Source: an uncultured Methanomicrobiales archaeon (GTDB taxonomy: Archaea > Halobacteriota > Methanomicrobia > Methanomicrobiales > JACTUA01). Taken from it: a stretch of DNA of 64,000 nt. Each line of letters starts with the position of its first letter. Position 1 is the first letter of the stretch. Below are positions 57,124 to 64,000 of the stretch, in pieces. The DNA is taken from NCBI GenBank assembly GCA_964551875.1, contig CAZKEV010000001.1, positions 11,303 through 75,302 on the forward strand. The letters are read 5' to 3'. Made by a program: the position numbers and the translations under genes. The notes below the pieces were generated by a model. It saw nothing but the letters and a program-made list of their open reading frames with translations. It was not told the DNA's origin and did not search any database.

Positions 57124-60100
57124 TTACCTTATGCCCAGCACGTTCAAGACCTTAAATACTTTTCCCTTCACATCGATAGTATATTCTTCCGGGAAAAACC
57201 CTGGTTTTTCGATCACAATGCGGTGAGATCCCCTCGTCATTGAAATCAATGCTTCACCCTGGCTGTTTGCATCAAACCTTTGGCTATCCACAAGGATGCT
57301 CGCATTTTTGACGCGATTCCCTTTCTCATCTTTGACTGTAATACGGGTCTCTCCTTCATAGATGACGGGGAGATCCTTTTTGAAACGCTGTCTCTGGATA
57401 TCCGGTTCGATTGTTATCCTTTTCTGTTCGGATGATTTTATGTCAAAATTAATATAAAGGGTACAGGTTTCACCTGTTATTGAATTTCTCAGGATCTCAC
57501 CATTAACCGCGTGGTATGGGCATATGTTCTCGAATGCAGGCAAAATAATCCTGTAGGTCACTCCTGAAACGTATTCCTGATTGAGATTGTTCGCGTCCAG
57601 AATAACGTAATCCAAACCTTTTGTTACTTTCACCGAAATATTTTGAATGGATTTGAAATGGCTGGCAAGGGTAGTAAGATCTGAAGAATTCATCCCCATG
57701 GATCTTGAGGATGTGAGGATGGACTCAAACTCATCCCGATACTGGGGATTGCCGACATCCCGTGCATCCCAAAGAAACAGCGCCATCCCCCCCTCGTGAA
57801 CGACTGAATTGAGTGTCTCATTCCAGTTTCCGAAAATTTCATCCGAATTAGAATATGAATTCAGGTTTGAACTGAATGGCGTGGCTACCGGTAGGAGCAC
57901 CAAACCGGTTTCTTCTCCATGATAATATCCAATTTTCGGATTTCTCAGTCCCTCTCGGTTGAATTCCATGAGGGGAGGAGGAACTGAATATGCGGGGATG
58001 AACTGGAAGCCATTAACTGATACTGCTTGGATAGCGCCAAGGTTATACTTGAAGTATTGAAACAGTATCCCTGTCGCATCGAATCGATCTTGAAGATCCT
58101 TCAATTCGGTACTGATATCCAGGTTTCTGGAGGTTTCCTTGGAAATATCCATAAACATTATCGGAGTTACAGTCGCTTCACTTCCGAAGAGCTGTCCGGG
58201 TAAAATTAGTTCATTATACCTAATATCGTAATTCTGAATCAGTGATACACCCGCATGAGGGAATCCAGCCCCATCTTTTGAATCAAATAATCCTATGACG
58301 GCTATGGGAATTTCAGCCTTCGGAAACTCGTATGAAGAAATTGACATATAAATATCGATATTTTTCCCTGCGGTGTTGCGGTCTCCTATCGAAAAAAATT
58401 GGACCTGGGTGATGGGTTCTGATGGTGATAAAGTACAATCCGAACGGAGAGAAACGCTCGAGTAATCGTAGAGTGTTGACCCCCTGTAAGAAAGCATCGA
58501 TGGGTACGGGGCAGAATCACTGTATCTGATCAATAATCCCGTGTCATCCTTCTTGAAATGCGCGTCATCGAATTTTTTATCCCTTAAAATCACTGAATCC
58601 TGGGAGGGATAGACTACCTTGTTTACCACAGTCTCGTCGGGATACGTGATCTGGTTAAATGAAAATTCTGAGAAGGGAGCAAAGATCGAACTGGATTGCT
58701 GAACATTCATGGCCGAACCTGATCCCGTCCAGTCATTCGCAACGGTAATTTTTCTCCGCACAGCTCTTTCAAAAAATGAGTATTCCACGATGAGAGTCGC
58801 CCAGTTCTTGGTTTGATTCTCATTCCTGATTGTTGTTTGATACCTGATGGAGTTTCCGCGAGCTTCAATGGAAGGATAGGACAGTTCGCTTAAGTCGTAG
58901 GTGGCGAATCCCTCGTCTGCTGTCCCTGGCCATGAAATTGTAACGGTATCGGAAAATGCGCCTTCACCCAGAAAATTTTCAATTTTTGTTCCGATATACC
59001 TGATCTGTGGGCTTGAATGACTGAGCTTTACTTTGTAGTAATCATTCTCAAAGATAAAGAGGGGATCCAGATCCTGGATGGAACTGTTACTCTCGACAAA
59101 TTCGATATCGGTGGTGCGTGTTGTAACAGAAACCGGTTTCACGGGTGGGCTGACATACTGATAAATCCCGTAATTATTATCGGAAGCATAAATGTCATCA
59201 AGCAGTTGATTTGAATTCGCCATTAAGAAACCACTGGCTATCCCAAAACCACTCACAATTTTTCGAGAGAAGATCAGGTATTTTATGCCGAATGAACGTA
59301 AATCCCTGGTATATGCCTCGGCATTGGAAGAGAAGAAAGAATTTTTCAGATCATCAAGATATCGCCTTGTCTCTGAACCCTCGGGTATACTTGGAACAGC
59401 TTTGTTTGCATACAGATTGATCCTTTCCCTGTAATAATATCCGGGAACTCCTTCGTTTGGATTCCCTATCCCGCTCAGCCATATCAAATTTTCTTTCTCG
59501 TTGGCCGTTCCGGATATCTGAGGCTGATAGTGTATATTTCCAACTATCGGAGAAATAAGCAGGGGCAGAAAGACTATAAGATAAAATATGATTATCAATC
59601 GTTTCCTGCTGGGACCTGAAAGGGATTTGATAATTTTGAAGCGCCCGATAGAAAGTGGGCCTGATCTGCCAATGGTCTGAACAATGGTATAAAATCCAGC
59701 TGCAGCGGTGATAGGGATGATGAGATAGAGATAATAGATCTCACGAAGGGCACCCGTTCCCTCAGAAGATTGGAAGGCAGAGGGAAGAATAGCGGCGAAG
59801 AACAGAGCGAGGGCAATGCATTTCGTCCTGGCATTAACTGCGATAATGCCTGGAATTGTTAGGAGCGTCTGAACCGGCCCGATCCACACAGGGGTTGTCA
59901 CAATACCGTGAGAAACACTTTGAATATTGCTGATAAACGGTATGGCGAAGGATTTTCTCTCACTCAAAAATTTTATCCGATCATGAGTGAAGAGAGCCAA
60001 TTTCCCGAAAGTGTATACCAAACACGACCAAAATAAGGCATATGAGATATTATTCGAAACAAATACATTTTCATATAAAATCAATCCCATATTTTGAATT

Positions 60101-60933
60101 TGATTCACTCTTAGGATTTTAGACAACGATCCAGTGAGGGTTACTATCATCCGGCCTTTATCAATATATTGTGGAAGAACAAAGGGAAAGAGGTGTACAG
60201 TTAGGACATAAAGGACCAGAGAGATTACAATGAGATAAAACATTCCGGTCTCAAATTTCTTCCAAACGAGCGCAGCAAGGAGAAAGTATGCTATTGCGAA
60301 GAATAACAGGAACATGTAGGTGCCGGTATGGCTGAAAACCATGGAAAATACCAGGAGAGGAAGTATAATGATATTTCTTAGGTTGAGCTCCTGGACTGAA
60401 AAATAGACAATAAATATCAGGAAAATCATCATAAATCCTCTCGTTGAGTAGATGAGGAGGTTCGTGACAAGGAGGGGCATCGAAAGAAGAAATATCAGTG
60501 ATAAAATTGACTTATTGGTCGAGTCGAGCAGGTGTTTTGAATAAACGTAAAAGCCTATCAGTGTGATGATGATCAACAGGACCGTGAATGAAAAGACGAA
60601 TTCAAAGACATCCATTCCGGTTACCTTCATGATCAATGATCCGAAGAACCACATCCCGAAGGGATACTCCTGTCCCAGATTTTCGGAAATAAAGGATTTT
60701 TCATAAAATTCGTTGAGAGAGCGGGAATCAGTCATCATCCGGGTAAAATAAATATGTGTAACGGCATCGCTGCCAGACGGTGTCTGATATAAGAGGACGG
60801 GAACGAAATATGCAAGAACGAAGATCGAGAGCGCAAAAAGCACAAGGTATCGACTATCCTTGCTTAATTGAGAATGATTGCTTTTTTTATCTCCCGCTGG
60901 AGTATCAATACGCTCCATCATTACACAAACCAT
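57124..60933 (-). CDS. Large membrane protein: GT-C-like multi-TM domain fused to extracellular beta domains, a deacetylase-like barrel and a PEGA-like end
   Basis: Multi-TM N-terminal about 470 aa with GSDAVTH in the first loop and HTGT; then FGIKYLIF...IYQY; GGMALFLWD; IVIEKPGFFPEEYTIDV. Domain calls are inference. Confidence 0.65.
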   Translation of the reverse strand: MVCVMMERIDTPAGDKKSNHSQLSKDSRYLVLFALSIFVLAYFVPVLLYQTPSGSDAVTHIYFTRMMTDSRSLNEFYEKSFISENLGQEYPFGMWFFGSLIMKVTGMDVFEFVFSFTVLLIIITLIGFYVYSKHLLDSTNKSILSLIFLLSMPLLVTNLLIYSTRGFMMIFLIFIVYFSVQELNLRNIIILPLLVFSMVFSHTGTYMFLLFFAIAYFLLAALVWKKFETGMFYLIVISLVLYVLTVHLFPFVLPQYIDKGRMIVTLTGSLSKILRVNQIQNMGLILYENVFVSNNISYALFWSCLVYTFGKLALFTHDRIKFLSERKSFAIPFISNIQSVSHGIVTTPVWIGPVQTLLTIPGIIAVNARTKCIALALFFAAILPSAFQSSEGTGALREIYYLYLIIPITAAAGFYTIVQTIGRSGPLSIGRFKIIKSLSGPSRKRLIIIFYLIVFLPLLISPIVGNIHYQPQISGTANEKENLIWLSGIGNPNEGVPGYYYRERINLYANKAVPSIPEGSETRRYLDDLKNSFFSSNAEAYTRDLRSFGIKYLIFSRKIVSGFGIASGFLMANSNQLLDDIYASDNNYGIYQYVSPPVKPVSVTTRTTDIEFVESNSSIQDLDPLFIFENDYYKVKLSHSSPQIRYIGTKIENFLGEGAFSDTVTISWPGTADEGFATYDLSELSYPSIEARGNSIRYQTTIRNENQTKNWATLIVEYSFFERAVRRKITVANDWTGSGSAMNVQQSSSIFAPFSEFSFNQITYPDETVVNKVVYPSQDSVILRDKKFDDAHFKKDDTGLLIRYSDSAPYPSMLSYRGSTLYDYSSVSLRSDCTLSPSEPITQVQFFSIGDRNTAGKNIDIYMSISSYEFPKAEIPIAVIGLFDSKDGAGFPHAGVSLIQNYDIRYNELILPGQLFGSEATVTPIMFMDISKETSRNLDISTELKDLQDRFDATGILFQYFKYNLGAIQAVSVNGFQFIPAYSVPPPLMEFNREGLRNPKIGYYHGEETGLVLLPVATPFSSNLNSYSNSDEIFGNWNETLNSVVHEGGMALFLWDARDVGNPQYRDEFESILTSSRSMGMNSSDLTTLASHFKSIQNISVKVTKGLDYVILDANNLNQEYVSGVTYRIILPAFENICPYHAVNGEILRNSITGETCTLYINFDIKSSEQKRITIEPDIQRQRFKKDLPVIYEGETRITVKDEKGNRVKNASILVDSQRFDANSQGEALISMTRGSHRIVIEKPGFFPEEYTIDVKGKVFKVLNVLGIR

Positions 60934-61251
60934 GTATCAAATTATAAAACTTATTGAACTGGGTAAAACCACAATGACCTATTCTATCTGGTATATTCTG
61001 CGATAGTTGCCCGAATAAATTTTCACAAAATCCACCTTCCCGGCAATCGGCAATCTTATCGTTGATACAACATTCTCCAAAATTATATCCCTGGCATGAA
61101 AATATTTATCGGGTTAATGCTCTGCATTAACTTCGCAATCCATATCGAAAAAGTTCTCTATTTAAATTCAATACAATTAAATAATAATAATAGAAAATAT
61201 CTGTAATAATCCCCTATGAAAGTAATTCGGGATATTAACGGGTAAACAAAG

Positions 61252-61794
61252 GTGGAAGATATGGAAGCCGATCAGAAACCATGCAATTTCGTAGCTTTTG
61301 AGGTCATCGACGCAACATTTCCGCATAAAACATTGAAAATGGAACTTGAAGGCTGTCGAAAAGCATGTAAAAAACTTGCTTTATCAATCGTATTACGTAT
61401 TCCAATTATTAATTCTTTTTCAATCTTCAAGTCCAGGCAGAAGAGAGCTTACCCGGCCTCTACAACTTCAAATATACCGGATCCCAACCTGAACTTGCAG
61501 CCTGGTGAGTTGGTTCTCATACGCCCGAGTGAGGAAATTTTTGCTACCCTGGATGAGAAAGGGAAATACAGGGGCCTGTTTTTCATGCCAGAGATGGTAA
61601 AATTTTGTGGAAAAAAATTCAAAGTATATAAGAAAGTCGAAAGAATCGTGCTCGAATCTACTGGAGAGATGCGAAAGATAATGAGTCCAACTGTCTTTCT
61701 TGAAGGCGTATATTGTGACGGTGAATTCCATGACGGGTGTGACAGGTCATGCTTCTGTTACTGGCGAGAGATCTGGTTAAAGAGAATTCAATAA
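61252..61794 (+). CDS. Conserved hypothetical protein with Cys-containing SH3-like barrel
   Basis: LQPGELVLIRPSEEIFATLD..G...GLFFMPEMVKFCGKKFKV...VYCDG...GCDRSCFCYWREIWL; start uncertain. Confidence 0.65.
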   Translation: MEDMEADQKPCNFVAFEVIDATFPHKTLKMELEGCRKACKKLALSIVLRIPIINSFSIFKSRQKRAYPASTTSNIPDPNLNLQPGELVLIRPSEEIFATLDEKGKYRGLFFMPEMVKFCGKKFKVYKKVERIVLESTGEMRKIMSPTVFLEGVYCDGEFHDGCDRSCFCYWREIWLKRIQ

Positions 61795-62257
61795 AAATGT
61801 CATCGTTACATTTTTTGTTGGCCTCGTTGCTCTGATATGCCATCTGAATAAGCCAATGTAGATTGAAGTATTTCTAAATCCGAAAAAAATAACAAAAATC
61901 TCTTTTCTCCCTGATAGTTTCACGGCCCCGAATAGGTAAAATTTTTTTGATCTGCTCTTTACACATTGCATCCAGTATATATTGATAAACATCTCACAAT
62001 AGCCTAAATAAATTAATCAGAATTCAATGTTAATGCATTGTCTAATTAGTGCATAATAAATTAGTTATCATATATATAATATATCCTATCAAGATCATGC
62101 ATTTTAAATGGTTTATATATCAAAGCAGACTATAATGGATGTTTTTAGAGTATTATAACCGTTTTAAATAGACATAAGCGAAAAGATATATTTATATATT
62201 ACCTACTTATAAAGCTAGGTATTTGACCGATAAATTTCAACACGGGGGGAACTTGTT

Positions 62258-64000
62258 GTGTCCAAAGAAATGATCGTTCAACCACTAATAATGCTTTTAT
62301 TTATCTATTCGATCGCGATTCCGATTGTTTCGGCAGCTCAGGTACATCCCTCGCTCCTGTTTCACGACATCACGGAAACACAGGGCTATCAGCACAGAAC
62401 AGTATCACCCTGGAGCAGTTGGGAAAGCCAGATTATTTCTACCGCTGGCGGTTCGGTCTCATATACCGGGGATTATGCGTTGGCCGTCGGTCTTGCTTAT
62501 CAGATCACGAAACAGAGCACATACGCAACCAAAGGGAAGCAGGTATTGCTTAATTTTGGAACTCCCACGGATAATCTCGCCCGAGCCAATGAACTTGGTG
62601 GCTATGCAATCGCATATGATTGCCTTCAGCCATCTCTTGACGCGGCAAGCGATGCAATAATACGGGATAAACTCGCCACCCTTACCGATACAGTTTATAA
62701 AGAGCTCAATAATAACGGTGCCTATCGGGGGGTCATACAATTTGCAGATTATAATGGCGCGGCGTACCCCTACGTCGGTATTGCAGGATATGCCTTATCC
62801 GATTATACAAATCCCAACCATATCCCGATTTCGACGGGCCCCACCGACTGGATCAAGGCGGGAACCGACTATCTCTTTGTTAACGACCTGCTCCATGATA
62901 CTGGTGGCCGCTCGCTCTTCAGCTTCGGCTTTGATGAAAGCTCAGGGAAACACCTGAACGGCGCGTACAAATATTATATCGCCAATAACTTCCTCTGGTG
63001 GTTCCAGGTTTACAGTCACTACTCAGGCAGGAATATATTTGATGTATATCCCGCCGCAAAACGGGCTTTCACATCAAACATTTGGGAATCCCTCCCTAAC
63101 CACTACAGCAATAATTATGTAACACTGGGGAACACAAGGTGGTGGGATGAGGAAGCAGTACTGAATCTACTCGATCCTGAGACCAGGTCCCAAGCCCTCC
63201 ACCACATCGATAGTATCAAGTCATCAAATCTACTTCCTTACTCCCGTGAGTTTACCTTTATACCAACCTCGCTCCTTTACTGCGTGTATCCCGATACCAG
63301 CTCGATGCCCAGGCAGAATCCCTCTTGGACGAGCCATCTCGATCCCACTGGAATATACCAGGTCTTCAGGGGCAGCTGGGCCGATGACTCTGACTGGCTC
63401 TCTCTGGTCACCTTCAACGTCGCTACCTGGAGTAACCGGGACAGCATGCATCATGATCAGCTGAGTATCGAATATTACAGTAGAGGCGACCTTCTCCTTG
63501 CCGACGCGGGTGAGGATAAATATACGTCGGATGCGTATTATGGTGAACTCGACACCCATCATAACACAATCTTGATCGAAAATCCAAGGACCCCCTTCTC
63601 TCTTGCGAAATGGTCGAACAGTGCGGCCCGCGGCATGTTCAAAGGTTCGGCATCCGGTATCGAAACCCCTGTGACTGTGGCTAATGTAATTCAGGGCTCA
63701 TGGATGGAGATGCTGGAAGGGAAGGCAACAATAACCAAAGTCTTGGGGGCAGACTGGTATGACGACCCATCGCTCTCATCCCCCATTCAGTACTCGCGGT
63801 CTATACTCTATCCAAACAAAGATTACCTGATTCTCGTTGATCGGGCCGAGGGGAGTCAGACCTGGACATACCGAACGAACTTCCGTCCCACCAGCCTCGT
63901 CATTACTCCCACGTCCGGTACCAGTGTCGGAAATGTTCAGGGAAGCCTCGTAATTGGATCGACATCCTATAATTGGCTATCGCTTCCGTATAAAACAGAA
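62258..64000 (+). CDS. Second heparinase II/III-like paralog (runs off the window end)
   Basis: Not in the ORF track because it has no stop. From GTG 62258 / ATG 62270: MIVQPLIMLLFIYSIAIPIVSAAQVHPSLLFHDI...NNGAYRGVIQFADY...SMHHDQLSIEYYSRGDLLLADAG; colinear with 52232-55600. Confidence 0.88.
   Translation, partial: MSKEMIVQPLIMLLFIYSIAIPIVSAAQVHPSLLFHDITETQGYQHRTVSPWSSWESQIISTAGGSVSYTGDYALAVGLAYQITKQSTYATKGKQVLLNFGTPTDNLARANELGGYAIAYDCLQPSLDAASDAIIRDKLATLTDTVYKELNNNGAYRGVIQFADYNGAAYPYVGIAGYALSDYTNPNHIPISTGPTDWIKAGTDYLFVNDLLHDTGGRSLFSFGFDESSGKHLNGAYKYYIANNFLWWFQVYSHYSGRNIFDVYPAAKRAFTSNIWESLPNHYSNNYVTLGNTRWWDEEAVLNLLDPETRSQALHHIDSIKSSNLLPYSREFTFIPTSLLYCVYPDTSSMPRQNPSWTSHLDPTGIYQVFRGSWADDSDWLSLVTFNVATWSNRDSMHHDQLSIEYYSRGDLLLADAGEDKYTSDAYYGELDTHHNTILIENPRTPFSLAKWSNSAARGMFKGSASGIETPVTVANVIQGSWMEMLEGKATITKVLGADWYDDPSLSSPIQYSRSILYPNKDYLILVDRAEGSQTWTYRTNFRPTSLVITPTSGTSVGNVQGSLVIGSTSYNWLSLPYKTE

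Noticed and set aside
61777-61992. 71-aa minus-strand ORF in the AT-rich spacer
   Set aside because: No motif support; likely a chance ORF.
1-64000. tRNA, rRNA, integrase or transposase genes; stop-codon readthrough (Sec/Pyl)
   Set aside because: None recognised when reading intergenic regions and ORFs by eye, and no gene needed readthrough to be complete. tRNAscan-SE, Infernal and ISEScan would be needed to exclude them formally.

Overview
Archaeal chromosomal window. Gene content (PEF-CTERM and PGF-CTERM surface proteins, YVTN propellers, AbrB-PhoU regulator, GPT-type phosphotransferase) and high GC point to a methanogen, most likely Methanomicrobiales (inference). 1-37 kb is mostly GC-rich housekeeping DNA: pyrK/pyrD, mdh-polB, Clp1-like kinase, HDAC, uvsE and a cluster-less MutY-like glycosylase, RLAN plus RimK-like ligase, a pst/phoU locus, mscL, a Lon-type protease, rhodanese and transporters. 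It is interrupted at 6.6-13.3 kb by a tandemly amplified cell-surface locus: three YVTN-propeller genes, a decayed fourth copy and Ig-like anchor proteins. From about 37 kb to the end lies a visibly AT-richer surface-glycan island: GPT-like transferase, BshC/class-I-synthetase-like protein, PIG-L deacetylase, DUF354, polysaccharide deacetylase, three FemAB-like GNATs, two heparinase II/III-like paralogs plus an orphan tail, and a 1269-aa GT-C fusion. Most striking observations: (1) a PEF-CTERM surface protein carrying an RlpA-like double-psi barrel with an inserted SH3b domain, flanked by 52-nt direct repeats (candidate antibacterial peptidoglycan-active enzyme); (2) an intergenic array of about 15 covarying palindromes with about 26-nt period; (3) a candidate amino-acid-decoration pathway for a surface glycan; (4) a WxL/Csc-like adhesin complex. 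I found no rRNA, tRNA, CRISPR array, integrase or transposase by eye. All family assignments come from motif recognition, not database searches.
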